This document shows, piece after piece, positions 1-12,120 of a stretch of 38,221 bases of DNA. The notes beneath the pieces were generated by a model, which saw only the letters and a program-made list of their open reading frames with translations, searched no databases and was not told where the DNA came from. The translations under genes were made by a program, and so were the position numbers. Every line of letters begins with the position of its first letter. Position 1 is the first letter of the stretch. Source of the stretch: Octopus bimaculoides (lineage: Eukaryota); the NCBI RefSeq assembly GCF_001194135.2, contig NC_068997.1, forward strand, positions 52,489,211 through 52,527,431, written 5' to 3'.

Positions 1-57
<57 letters not shown>
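1..57. repeat. (CA)n microsatellite
   Basis: Pure AC repeat running off the window start. Confidence 0.98.
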
Positions 58-61
<4 letters not shown>

Positions 62-523
62 ACATGAATTACGATGTTGGCAACCAGTCTTCAAACCCAT
101 GTAACCACTATTAGTCTCATCATACGACAGAATTCACGTTGTATCCGATAGATTGGATTACATTTTCGAAAATATGACTGGCACCAACAGGCATTACCAT
201 CAGCACCTGAACCACTACTAACTGCACCACCACCACCACAGCTACCACCAATACTACTACTACTTCCTCTAGGTTTACTCCCGTTACAGTTGTATTCTAT
301 TAAATTCTGCTATATCATATGTGTATATGTGTGTGTGTATGTGTGTGTGTGTGTGTGTGTGTGTAATGGTTTCGTAGTTGGAGTATTTTGTTAGGGATTT
401 TCTGTTTGTTTTATTTTGGTTCTTGTTTTTCTTTTTTTTTGCCTGGATTAATTAGGCAAGATTTATTTGGAAATTAAGTTAAGTCTTTAATGCCGTTAGT
501 GTGTGTGTGTGTGTGTGTGTTTG

Positions 524-1400
524 TACGAGGGTAAGTAAAAAATAATACGCTCTCTTGTTCTTGTAATTTATGAAGACAAAAGGAAGATTCCAGCAATTGC
601 ATCATATTCCAAACATAGTCTCCTTGTTTTTTCGATGCACTTCTTCCAGCGGTCCACAAGTTTGATTATTCCACAGGAGAAAAAGGTTTTCAGCTGATCG
701 TGCAACCATTTATGAACCGCTTCTTGCGCTTCTTAGTCCGTAGCAAATCGGTGACCTCGTAAAGGATGTTTGAACGGTCCAAGAATGCGATAGTTGGAAG
801 GGTCGAAATCTGGACCGTATGCAGAGCGTTCCAGCAAATCGAACCCCAAGTTTTCAATGGTTTCGTCAGTGTGGGTCGCTGTATGTGGGTTTGCATTATC
901 GATCAACAATAACACTTTCATTCACAATAGACCTTGGCATTTGATGCGAATCGCTGGTTACAGTTTGTTGGCCAGTATTTCACTCTGGCCTACACTGGTG
1001 ACTATAAACCCCTTTTTCGAGTAATGTTCTAATATAGATCCTTTTGCGTCCCAAAAATCAGTTAGCATCACTTTTATTGCGGGAAGTTTGAGCCTTGAAT
1101 TCCGGTTTTGCTGGCGAATCTGGGTTTTTCCATTCTATACTGTGTCCTTTGGATTCTGACTCAAAGTGACGGACTCAAAGCCACATCTCCTGTGACTATT
1201 CTTTCTAAAAAAAGCTTCGTCTTCAACGTTGTAGCGGTCGATTGAGCATAGACAGATCTTCACACGATCGAGCTTTGAGATTCGGTAATCTCTCTTTGTT
1301 CTTATCTCGCACAGACTTTACGGAAACGAAACTTGTGGTGGATGGTTTCATATGCAGAACCATGACTAATTTTCAGAGAACAAGCCACATCCACGCACAC
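524..1400 (-). mobile_element. Decayed mariner (DD34D) transposon: transposase pseudogene plus 3' terminal inverted repeat
   Basis: Minus-strand translation across stops and frameshifts gives ISHGSAYETIHH..RKVCAR, IVTGD, IEWKNPDSP, KVMLTDFWDAKG, LLLIDNANPH-(34 aa)-PSNY (third catalytic D is now N), AVHKWLHDQLKTFFSCGIIKLVDRWKKCIEK/QGDYV. Ends at TA+CGAGGGTAAGT (524-536), a mariner-type TIR start. No matching TIR found at the other end. Confidence 0.92.
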
Positions 1401-1695
1401 ACACACATATATATATATGCAGAGAGAGCCAGTCGCCAACTTCGAACCAATATGACTAAGTAATACGTACTAAGTTGTCAATAATTGTTTTATATGTTAC
1501 ATATTCGCGAACAGGAATAGAGAACCTCTCGACTTTTCGATGTCTTGATCCTGTGGACCATCGATGATGTGACAGCGGAAAATGAAAGAGAACTGAAGCA
1601 CTGCTCAAGGGCTGGTTTACATTTACTGCTGAACCAGCGTTTCTCAAACAGGGTCCCTTATTACTCCTTAGGTGCCTAAGGAGCAACTGTTAAAT

Positions 1696-1856
1696 GTAGT
1701 AGTAGTAGTAGTAGTAATAGTAGTAACACAACTCCAAGTGGACCCACTGAACACCTACAATCGGACCCTGTATTTACATTCACAAATACAAGCATATATA
1801 TATATATGTATATATATATATTACAAACATGTATGTATAAATGTACATATATATAA

Positions 1857-1896
<40 letters not shown>

Positions 1897-2085
1897 GTAC
1901 AAGTATATACACATGTATATAAGCACATATATATGTGTATATATACAAAACATATGCACATACATAAGTATATATATATATATACGCGCACACACACAGA
2001 CTCATGTATACTTATAAATGAGGGGAGTGAGAAGAATGTATATTTATATATATATATATACACACACACACATATGTACACATAT
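1696..2085. repeat. Compound microsatellite: (AGT)n, (TA)n, (CA)n
   Basis: Direct sequence; source of several spurious YIYI/HTHT ORFs. Confidence 0.9.
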
Positions 2086-2737
2086 ATCGAAATACTTGAT
2101 TGGCGTCGTGACGTCTGACCTCTGGTCAATTTCTCATACTGGTGTAAGATCTTCGGACAAGTAAACCTTGTTGTTATTGTTGTTATTTTCACTTTTCAGT
2201 CCAAGCCTTTCCCCCGTCTCCTCCGTCACTCTCTTCTCTCCCTAACACATTTTCCCCCCACCCACACTCTCTCCTTCCTCTCTCCTCCTCCTCCTTTTCC
2301 CCCTCTGTCGTTTTTGTCTTTTTCTCTCGTGTTCACTCGATAAAATCTCTTTTAAAGATACTCTAATGTCTCAAAAATAATTTAAGCAGACAAACCGTCG
2401 AAAAATTAACTCTAACAACTTAAGAGTAACAGCATACCTCGTATTTAGCGGTCTTTTATTGAAGACCACTGCCACCAGCACCACCGCGGCAACCACCACC
2501 GCCGCCGCCGCCATCACTTTACGATTTTCATTCTCCCTCACACCATAACGACTACTTAAGCATCACTACCCTGTCATAACATTCCACCACCACACATCAT
2601 AACCGCCATGACTGTTCTATGAGCCACTTCTTCACTACAGTTTTCAATTCCTCGTTATTGGAATAATGTTTGCCTCTCAAACCCTCTTTCATGGGGCCGA
2701 AGAGATGATAGCCCAGTGACGATGATAGTCCAGTGAC

Positions 2738-2912
2738 GAACAGTCAACAGAATTTTAGGCGGCAGGGATACATGCTCTCATTCGAAGGTGGAACATTGCT
2801 ATTGAGAGAAACGGTGACTATGTTGAGAAGTAGGGATGTGATCCACGGAAGACCAGCGTCATTTTGATGTATGGATACATGTTCCTGTGTTGCTAATTAT
2901 ACCTGTCCTAAA
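2738..2912 (+). mobile_element. 3' fragment of a second mariner family
   Basis: 2738-2833 reads EQSTEF*AAGIHALIRRWNIAIERNGDYVEK*, the typical mariner transposase C-terminus (RW..GDYVEK), followed by 3' UTR-like sequence. Confidence 0.85.
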
Positions 2913-4021
2913 CAAATATATATGTATGTATATACATGAACAAAATGTAATTTAGATTCAGTTGAGTTAGGTACTTAAATTGAGGCACCTTGTTAGGACG
3001 AACGTATTTGCACACTCAGACAATATTAGATGAGTATCAAACTCTACTTGGAATTTTTTCCAGCCGATACTCTTGCAGTGTATGCAAATGGCACGATCCA
3101 ACTTAGAGAATAAATCCGCTTTTGTTTGTTCAGATATGTACTTTATATAAATATACTTTTCAAATACTTCCGAAGTGCAGATTCCAGGGTAGGTGAGCAA
3201 AATATAAATGAGTAACAAAGATGTATGTTCCAATTCATTACGGCCGTTTCGAGCGACTCTTTTAATTGATCAATGAAAGCATTACATCATTACAAAGAAA
3301 ACTGTTCTCATCAGATGACCGCATAGACTTCAAGCATAAAGGACAAGTTAAATATTCAAACATATTCATATCATCAACGAAGAGCAATGATTCCGTTGCT
3401 AAGTTTTTTTGGCAGAATGAAAAAAGGACAGGACAACGAAAGACAAACCAGAAATTAGCATAGGCTAGAATGTGTGGGGGGGGGATGAATGAGAGCAGTG
3501 ACCCCGATGTCTACACATCTATACACGAACACATACATTATAAAGCCAATAAGTGTACAATGAAGCACATACGAAGAACAAAGTTTGTCAAATATGGTAT
3601 TAGCTTAGCGCTTGTGTATATGTGTCTGTGCGTGTATATGTATGCGTGTGTGCATGCGTGTGTGCATACATTCAAACACACACCCATATATATACCCACA
3701 TAGACGCAGACAAGCACGAATACATGCATATATACACACACACTAATACTTACACATGCATATAAGCTTGAAACTGTTAGACTAATTATCTCACATTTAT
3801 TTATACCACACACACACATACACACACACACACACATACAGTTATGTATCGTTTTTGGATATTAATGTTGCGTTAAAGACCCAGAAATACTTCTCCTAAG
3901 TAGACATCCCAAATAATTAAAAACAACAACAACAACAACAACAACAATAAACTTCATATCCAAATATACACAGAAATCCTCCATATTAGGCACATAAAAT
4001 ACAAATTAGATATGTACGTGT

Positions 4022-4070
<49 letters not shown>

Positions 4071-4504
4071 CACACACACACATGTATCTATGTATATATC
4101 ATACATATATGCATACACATATATCTATACCCTTTCACACACACGCACATATATATATATATATATATAACTGCTTCTTGATCCGAAGTTAATTAAAACT
4201 GCTGTCTCTGGTAATCACAAAAATGCGTGAATTTTGACGTCATAAGTGTTGAACATCTGAACTTCAGCGAAACTATTTTAGGACATCAAAGTCGTACAAA
4301 GATGTCGTCCAGCATGCATCAATAATTTTGCTCCATCGCTGAAATAGAAAAAAGGAATATGAGGATTGGATTAAAGAAGATACATGCTCAGTAATAATCT
4401 ATATTTAAATCAGAGTTGATATATTTAATAAGAGGGTGGGGGTCGGCTAAAAAATGAACTAACGAGAAAGCTAACGATTCATTGGAATGTTACGTATTTA
4501 TACA

Positions 4505-5136
4505 GGAATGATGGTGCATAGGAAGAAGTTTGCTTGTTAACCATATGGTTCTGGGTTCAGTTCAACTGTGTGGCACCTTGGCCAAGTATATTCTAATATA
4601 ACCTGGAGCCGACTAATTGCTAGTGGATTTCGTAGACGGAAATTGAAAGAAGCCCATCGTGTGGCGTGTACATGCATATATATATATATATATATATATA
4701 TANNNNNNNNNNNNNNNNNNNNNNNNNNNNNNNNNNNNNNNNNNNNNNNNNNNNNNNNNNNNNNNNNNNNNNNNNNNNNNNNNNNNNNNNNNNNNNNNNN
4801 NNNNNNNNNNNNNNNNNNNNNNNNNNNNNNNNNNNNNNNNNNNNNNNNNNNNNNNNNNNNNNNNNNNNNNNNNNNNNNNNNNNNNNNNNNNNNNNNNNNN
4901 NNNNNNNNNNNNNNNNNNNNNNNNNNNNNNNNNNNNNNNNNNNNNNNNNNNNNNNNNNNNNNNNNNNNNNNNNNNNNNNNNNNNNNNNNNNNNNNNNNNN
5001 NNNNNNNNNNNNNNNNNNNNNNNNNNNNNNNNNNNNNNNNNNNNNNNNNNNNNNNNNNNNNNNNNNNNNNNNNNNNNNNNNNNNNNNNNNNNNNNNNNNN
5101 NNNNNNNNNNNNNNNNNNNNNNNNNNNNNNNNNNNN

Positions 5137-5201
<65 letters not shown>

Positions 5202-5410
5202 TGTGTCTCTCCCCACCAACGCTTGATGACCGGTGTTAATTTGTTTACATCTACGTTACTTAGCGATTCAGCAATAGCATCCGATAGAGTAAAGAGCAGT
5301 ATTAATTAAAAAAATGAAAAGAAATGTTGGAATCGGTTTGTTTGACTAAAACCCTTCTTGGGGGTACCCCAGCATGGCCGTAGTCCAAGGACTGAAACAT
5401 GTAAAAGAAA
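4505..5410 (+). mobile_element. SINE family B (tRNA-like head, CORE-like domain, internal microsatellite, 3' tail), near full length, spanning a gap
   Basis: Head GGTTCTGGGTTCAGTTC..GTGGCACCTTGGCCAAGT (CORE-like ACCTTGGGCAAGT) at about 4545-4670, then (TA)n/gap/(TG)n, then a tail ending CCAGCATGGCCGTAGTCC..GACTGAAACATGTAAAAG. Head and tail each recur elsewhere in the window. Confidence 0.8.
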
Positions 5411-5673
5411 TGTATAAAATAGCACCTACGCTGCGAAACTTCTTGTCTGTAAGTATGGCATCATGGAGGACCATGGAACAGTGACAATGGACCGCTCAAT
5501 GCTGGAGACGTAAGAATTTCATGTGGCATTTTCCAGGGTAACTCTCTATCACCACTCTTCTTTTGTCTAGCCTTAATACCTCTCTCTCGAAATTGCTCGA
5601 TGATGTACAATACGACTATAAAATGCTGGATAAAAATATAAGTCATCTCATTTACATGGATGATTTAAAGCTC
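5407..5673 (+). mobile_element. Non-LTR retrotransposon reverse transcriptase fragment, R4/Dong-like
   Basis: EMYKIAPTLRNFLSVSMASWRT / NSDNGPLNAGDVRISCGIFQGNSLSPLFFCLALIPLS / KLLDDVQYDYKMLDKNISHLIYMDDLKL with two frameshifts; YMDD at 5653-5664. The GIFQG.SLSP and HL.YMDDLKL motifs resemble the R4/Dong clade (clade call from recall). Confidence 0.85.
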
Positions 5674-5756
5674 AATAATTACATCTATATGATACATTAA
5701 AAATGTTTTCTTTTAAAGATAATTGTAAACAGTGACGAAAGCCACAAAGATCTTAG

Positions 5757-5880
5757 AGACCCTAATTGGCTGGAAAGCAAGGTCGACCTCGGCGTGGTTT
5801 GAACCTAGATCCTAATGGCCCGTTTGGTAGATCTACCCAATGGCGTTTTGTCAGACGCTCTAACGATTCTGTCAATCACT
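5757..5880 (-). mobile_element. SINE family A, diverged 5' part
   Basis: GGAAAGCAAGGTCGACCTCGGCGTGGTTTGAAC..CTAACGATTCTGTCA matches the reverse complement of the family A copies at 7346 and 23244. Confidence 0.7.
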
Positions 5881-6253
5881 AGAAATAAATACAACATAAA
5901 GAGAAGAAAGAAGGAGAGAAAGAAAGACAGAAAGAAAGAAAGGAGGAAAGAAAGAACGAAAGGAAAAAAGAAGGAAAGTAATAAAGGCAAGGGTTGGGGA
6001 GAGAGTGGCTGTAGAAATATTAAGTTTGGTTGGTATTGTAGCAAGTGTCAGTAAAAGAATACCCCGGGTAGCTGTGTAAGCCGGGTGGCGGTGTAGTGTA
6101 CATGTTCGATAGTGGACAGACAGCATATTGTCTAAGGGGTTGCCGTAAGATGCATGCCAAACGTTGGAGACAATGGCGGAGTGGACAGTCGACTCTTGTG
6201 GCAGACAATGATAGATGTCTCTGTGTAAATAAGTCAGTCAATTCGTGTGAGTA

Positions 6254-6298
<45 letters not shown>

Positions 6299-6569
6299 AG
6301 TATATATATATATATATATATATATATNNNNNNNNNNNNNNNNNNNNNNNNNNNNNNNNNNNNNNNNNNNNNNNNNNNNNNNNNNNNNNNNNNNNNNNNN
6401 NNNNNNNNNNNNNNNNNNNNNNNNNNNNNNNNNNNNNNNNNNNNNNNNNNNNNNNNNNNNNNNNNNNNNNNNNNNNNNNNNNNNNNNNNNNNNNNNNNNN
6501 NNNNNNNNNNNNNNNNNNNNNNNNNNNNNNNNNNNNNNNNNNNNNNNNNNNNNNNNNNNNNNNNNNNNN

Positions 6570-6668
<99 letters not shown>

Positions 6669-7345
6669 CACATACATACACACACATATACATGTATATG
6701 TAACTATACATTTGAGCGAGTCGGTGTATATATGTGTGTGTGTGAATAGACATATCGTATGTGGATGTGTGTATATACACACACAGGCAGACGCACACAC
6801 ACACATTACAGAAAGAGTATAACCACAGAGGTATATATCAGCACACCAAGAAAGGAATGTTTTGATATATATATATGTGTGTGTGTGTGTCTGTGTGTGT
6901 GTGTGTGCGTGTGTGTGTGTGAGAGAGAGTGTGTGAGTGTGTGTGTGTGTGTGCGTGTGTGTGTGTGTGCACAGGTTTAATGCGCGTGTATAGTTATGTG
7001 TATGAACGTGTGAAAATGCACAAGTGTTTACATATATGTATGCATAGAAGGGGGGAGAGGTGAGGTGGGAGGAGGAGATGGGTAGGGGAGAAAGGGAAAC
7101 GAAGGGGAGGAGGAGGAGGAAGAGGAGGAGAAGTAGGAGTGTAAGAGAGACGGTAGTAGAGTTGCGTAAGAAGTGAGGCATATTGTGCCATAGGAGCCAC
7201 AATGATATTGACTTCATTTTATTGCGTTTGTTAGAAAGGGAAGTGACTCCGTTGTGTTATAAAAACACATCATCTGAAGAGGGGAGGTCTTTTCCGATGA
7301 CGAAAACAGCGATCAGATATTCACGTTATCATCATATTTTGGTAT

Positions 7346-7525
7346 TGCTTAGTGGTATTTCGTTTGTCTTTACGTTCTGAGTTCAAATTCCGCAGAGGTC
7401 GACTTTGACATTCATCCTTTCGGGGTCGATAAATTAAGTACCAGTCGCGTACTGGGGTTGATCTAACCGACTGCACCCCCTCTCCCCAAATTTCAGGTCT
7501 TGTGCCTATAGTAGAAAGGATTATT
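7346..7525 (+). mobile_element. SINE family A (tRNA-like head, central GTCGACTTTG..CATCCTTTCGGGGTCGATAAA domain resembling the Meta/MESC domain)
   Basis: B box GAGTTCAAATTCC, conserved central domain, tail GTGCCTATAGTAGAAAGGATTATT; homologous copies at 11709-12120, 23244, 28855 and 33410. Confidence 0.88.
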
Positions 7526-7847
7526 TAGTATAACATAATTAATGAAATCTATCAGACGTATTGAGGGAGATTTGGTTCCTATTCTTAGTGGGGGTCAAAC
7601 GATTTCGTTTGGTGGTTTCAGCTTAACCTTGTGCTGAGACCAAAATAACGATGGCACTCTTGACGAGATTGGAGCAAATGGAAATGTACTCTTTCAAATT
7701 GACAGAATATTTCAAGGGAGTTAAGTTTGTATAGTGTTACTGTAATTGCCACTGTGGGACATTGTTGTAGACTGAGATATCTCTACGAAACCATGGTATG
7801 GTATAATTATAGATTTACTGAACACACTCACTTACACATGGATGTCT

Positions 7848-7857
7848 ATCTGTATGA

Positions 7858-7902
<45 letters not shown>

Positions 7903-8264
7903 CATACACAAACACACATACATTTACATATTCACACATATGCACACGTATTGTATATATGTATATACAGTTGTTTATATGAGCGCACATGCGCGCATGC
8001 GCAGGACTGCTTCAGTGTGAGTTGTAAGCAAGCCAGACGACAGCGTGACTGTGTCTATTGTATGTACAAAGACATATGCATACACACATATATACACACA
8101 TATATATGTCTATATGTGTATAAGTATGCATGTATGTTGTATGCACACTAACATGTACACATAGATACATATATACATAACTGTATGTATTTACGTGTGT
8201 GTGTGTGTGNNNNNNNNNNNNNNNNNNNNNNNNNNNNNNNNNNNNNNNNNNNNNATCTGTATGA

Positions 8265-8309
<45 letters not shown>

Positions 8310-8616
8310 CATACACAAACACACATACATTTACATATTCACACATATGCACACGTATTGTATATATGTATATACAGTTGTTTATATGAGCGCACATGCG
8401 CGCATGCGCAGGACTGCTTCAGTGTGAGTTGTAAGCAAGCCAGACGACAGCGTGACTGTGTCTATTGTATGTACAAAGACATATGCATACACACATATAT
8501 ACACACATATATATGTCTATATGTGTATAAGTATGCATGTATGTTGTATGCACACTAACATGTACACATAGATACATATATACATAACTGTATGTATTTA
8601 CGTGTGTGTGTGTGTG
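7848..8616. repeat. Identical 362-bp direct duplication flanking a 45-N gap (probable assembly artefact)
   Basis: 7848-8209 equals 8255-8616 (offset 407); identical ORFs 7864..8151 and 8271..8558. Confidence 0.9.
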
Positions 8617-8619
8617 TGT

Positions 8620-8750
8620 GTATGTTTGTGTGTCGGTGTTTGTCCCCCTCCCCGCCAATGCTGGTATGTTTACGTCCCCGTAACTTAGCGGTCCGGCAAA
8701 AGAGAATAAGTCCTGGGGTCGATTTGCTCGACTGAAACAAGTAAAAGAAT
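8620..8750 (+). mobile_element. SINE family B 3' tail with internal deletions
   Basis: TTTGTCCCC..GTTTACGTCCCCGTAACTTAGCGGTCCGGCAAAAGAG..GTCGATTTGCTCGACTGAAACAAGTAAAAG. Confidence 0.85.
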
Positions 8751-9653
8751 TTAAAAAATATATCTATATGTGTATCTCTCTCTAAATATGTTTATATATG
8801 TGTATATATATGTATATACATGCAAGTATGTATATGTATATAAGTATGTACAGACGTATGGGTGTATAAAGTTGGTGAAGTGAGTGTGGGGTGCGAAATG
8901 TGGGGTAAACAGTAAGTAAACGGTCACTTCAGCGCACACACACAAACACATATACACATGCACAATGCTCACACACACACAGACGGACCTCAATGGAATT
9001 ATTAAGGTCTGTGGCGTCGCCAACTTGTCAGCGAGTTGCAGATGACTACGAGCGGGGAAGGGATGGATATACGGGTGGATGGGTAGTGGTGTCGAAGGTA
9101 CTGGGTGGTAAGGGGGTGGAACTAGTAATGATGATGCTGGGGGGTAGGTGCCGTAATGATAGCGGTGGTGGTATTGGGGCGGAGGTGGGTTGCTGTCGAC
9201 GCTACTCTGGTGTGGAGAAGGATATGGCAGTGGAGAGGAGGCGGTGGTGGTGGTGGTGGTCGGGGTAGTACTTTCAGTAATGATGGTGTTGTTGTTGAGG
9301 GAGAAGAAATAGTAGTTGCGGTGGTGATGGAGGTGATGTTAGTGGTGGTGGGGTGGTAGTTGCAGTAATGGTGGTGGTGATGGTGCTGTTGCTGCTGTTG
9401 TTGACTCTAGTACAGGTAGTAGAATAAATAATGGTACAGGTAGTGGTGGTGGTGTGCAGAGACCATGCTGGAGTATCAGCATAAACGCTTCAGTCGATCA
9501 TATTGGTCCTATTAATTACTTTAGATAGTGGCGTCCTATTAATTACTTCAGCTTGATAATAGACAGCTTGACGATAGATAGATAGATAGATAGACAGACA
9601 GGTGTTATGCCATGGGGGCCTTATGAAGCAGTAAGGGTGCCGTCGTCATATAT

Positions 9654-10250
9654 TTCGTATTCCGATCTCTTCCTCTCATTCACCTTAAAATATATTTTTA
9701 GGAATGCAGAATCCTAACCATCACCTGCTCTTGGATGCTTTGGAAATCAGCACCATAACAATGCTGAGGCGACAGTTTCTGGGAACTTCCGCTGCTTTTC
9801 TATGCCGACTTCCAGTTCCCACTCTTTTGCCATTTCTTATAGGCCCAGAGAAGTGGACTTGGCAGTTGGTGTCTTCTTCATACCAGCCTTAACAAAAGCG
9901 ATGATGTCTGCCATGACTTTCGGGACACGGTCATACTTCTAACTGATGCGGCCTTTTGGAGAGCTACTGATGATGCGACCCAGCATCCCTTTCCTTAGAC
10001 ACAAGGAGATAACTGGTGACTCCAACTTTCCGCAGCAGAACAAGTTGGATGGCCTCGATAGACCGTCGTAAACTGCATGAATCAAGGATTTCATTTTGCT
10101 CGATGGGGCTCCGCTATCTAAAGCTCAATCTACGAGATTTTACGAGACTTTACGTGCCAATGCTTTCTCCCATCTTGGTGATGGTCGGTGTTAAACCCAC
10201 ATCTCAATAATCTTGCCGCCATTAAAATCTCCAGCTTTAAAAACACGAAG
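9654..10250 (-). mobile_element. Decayed C-terminal region of an RLE-type non-LTR retrotransposon (HERO/NeSL-like)
   Basis: Minus frames give RWEKALARKVS, LIHAVYDGLSRPSNLFCCGKLESP..SLC..KG, IAFVKAG, EWELEVGIEKQRKFPETVA, MVLISKASK, NERKRSEYE, matching the zinc-knuckle/restriction-like endonuclease region; many stops, CCHC and PD motifs degenerate. Family call from recall. Confidence 0.8.
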
Positions 10251-10906
10251 TCCTCACGATCACGATCATCCGCCATTTTGTCTTTCCCCCCCTCAAACAG
10301 CCAGCGTCTATGAAATAAAGCATATCCCACACCGTATCGAGAGGGATGGTCACGGCGAGACCTTACCTCTTATTCTACAATGCTCCGTCCGACAGCTATG
10401 ACAATAGACAAAAGGTGGGTGTATATAAATATATATACAAGCACATAACCCACATTCTTTGTCACACCGACATGGCTAACTTTACCGAATTGGTATTTAA
10501 ATTATTGTTCTTGTTACTGTTTACTGATCGTCTTGATATTGTTGTGTGTGTTATTGTCACCTTTGTTGTTGTTGTTGTTGCTGCTTCTGTTTTTGCTGTT
10601 GTTGTTGTTGTTCTTGTTGTTTATGTGTGTGCTTTGTTTGCAAAGAGGAGTGGGGGGTGGGGTGTCAGCCGATAAAAAAGAGCAGGACAAAGAAAGCCTT
10701 GTGTCGTCAATGAGACATATAAAAATATAAACCCCGGCTTGGGGCGTGTGTATGTGTGGAAAGGGTTGAGTGTGTCTATAAGTGTGTGTGTGTGTGTGTG
10801 TTCCTGTGTGATTGTAGGTGTGAATATATACATATACATGTATCTGTATCTATCTAAACATATATATGTACATAAATACACATATGAGTTTGCATACATA
10901 CCTGTA

Positions 10907-10939
<33 letters not shown>

Positions 10940-10940
10940 T

Positions 10941-10975
<35 letters not shown>

Positions 10976-11153
10976 NNNNNNNNNNNNNNNNNNNNNNNNN
11001 NNNNNNNNNNNNNNNNNNNNNNNNNNNNNNNNNNNNNNNNNNNNNNNNNNNNNNNNNNNNNNNNNNNNNNNNNNNNNNNNNNNNNNNNNNNNNNNNNNNN
11101 NNNNNNNNNNNNNNNNNNNNNNNNNNNNNNNNNNNNNNNNNNNNNNNNNNNNN

Positions 11154-11203
<50 letters not shown>

Positions 11204-11357
11204 GCACGCACGCAAAGATACAGACACGCGTGCACATACACACGCACACTCCCCACAGGTAAGTATGTTTATTCGGTGGTACGGCTGCTCATTAATGCGT
11301 TAATACTTCTCTGCTTCGGTTCACGACTGAAAAATCTATTAACTTGTTTACTTAATA

Positions 11358-11461
11358 AACTCTTCAATGTTGAACGAACAAGAAAAGCGACTTGACCGGG
11401 CGGTTAAACAGCACGATTCGTAACTACGAAGCCGTCAGTTCGATATCACAGCTTGATAAAC
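11358..11461 (+). repeat. Unit 1 of a diverged ~105-bp tandem repeat with tRNA-like A/B boxes (unit 2 resumes at 12118-12210)
   Basis: CTCTTCAATGTT..ACTTGACCGGG..GTTAAA..CGATTCGTAACTA..GTTCGATA is shared by 11358-11450 and 12118-12200. Confidence 0.7.
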
Positions 11462-11473
11462 TAACTCTTCAAT

Positions 11474-11693
11474 ACAGTTCTATATTTAAGAGATGAGGAA
11501 TTATGTACATTATTTACATTATTTACATTTGACAGATATTTGTCCTCATCTTGTTTGTTGTTAGGAATGAGAACCCAGGTTCGAAATTTCCCCAAGACAC
11601 CTGATGAAGACTGGAGGGTATATCAACCGAAATGCGTTAACAACAAACAAGATGAGGACAAATATCCGTCAAATGTAAATAATGGAAATAATG
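11474..11693. mobile_element. PLE-terminal-repeat-like insertion with 58-bp inverted arms, degenerate hammerhead motif and 12-bp TSD
   Basis: Arms 11506-11563 and 11638-11695 (56/58 complementary); spacer holds GACAC-CTGATGA-A-GACTG..CAACC-GAAA (11596-11632); TAACTCTTCAAT is repeated at 11462-11473 and 11694-11705. Confidence 0.75.
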
Positions 11694-11708
11694 TAACTCT
11701 TCAATGTT

Positions 11709-12120
11709 CTTTTCTACTCTAGGCACAAAGCCAGAAATTTTGGGGGAGAATGACAATTGATTAGATCGACCCCAGTACGCAACTGGTACTTATCGATGAG
11801 AGGATGAAAGGCAAAGTCGACCTCCGCGGAATCTGAACTCAGAACATAAAGACAGACAAAATACTGTTAAGCATTTCGCCTGGTGTGTTAACGTTTATTT
11901 CTTTATTGCCCACAAGGGGCTAAACATAAAGGGGACAAACACGGACAGACAAAGGAGTTAAGTCGATTACAACAACCCCAGTGCGTAACTGGTACTTAAT
12001 TTATCGACCCCGAAAGGATAAAAGGCAAAATCGACCTCGGTGGAATTTGAACTCAGAACGTAGTGGCAGATGAAATACTGCTAAGCATTTCGCCCGGTGT
12101 GCTAACGTTTCTGCCAGCTC
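11709..12120 (-). mobile_element. Tandem dimer of SINE family A with different 3' tails, flanked by a TSD
   Basis: Two copies of GTCGACC..GGAAT(C/T)TGAACTCAGAAC..AAGCATTTCGCC (about 11709-11893 and 11893-12120); CTCTTCAATGTT at 11697-11708 and 12118-12129. Confidence 0.88.

Noticed and set aside
58-215. Possible exon next to the opening (CA)n
   Set aside because: All frames are short or stop early, with no recognisable product.
1400-1690. 5' part of the mariner element
   Set aside because: Only weak similarity beyond the microsatellite at 1400 and no second TIR, so the boundary was not extended.
2967-3233. 88-aa ORF with a signal-peptide-like N-terminus
   Set aside because: The start is TTG rather than ATG, and there is no recognisable homology or splice support.
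3266-3463. Frames open on both strands (minus has LLFVDDMNM..CPLC)
   Set aside because: The motif resemblance to an RT or RING is too short and has no supporting context.
7848-8616. 362-bp tandem duplication as a biological event
   Set aside because: Copies are identical and sit on either side of a 45-N gap, the signature of unmerged overlapping contig ends.
11251-11265. Perfect splice donor CAG|GTAAGT
   Set aside because: Preceded by microsatellite and a gap with no exon-like sequence.
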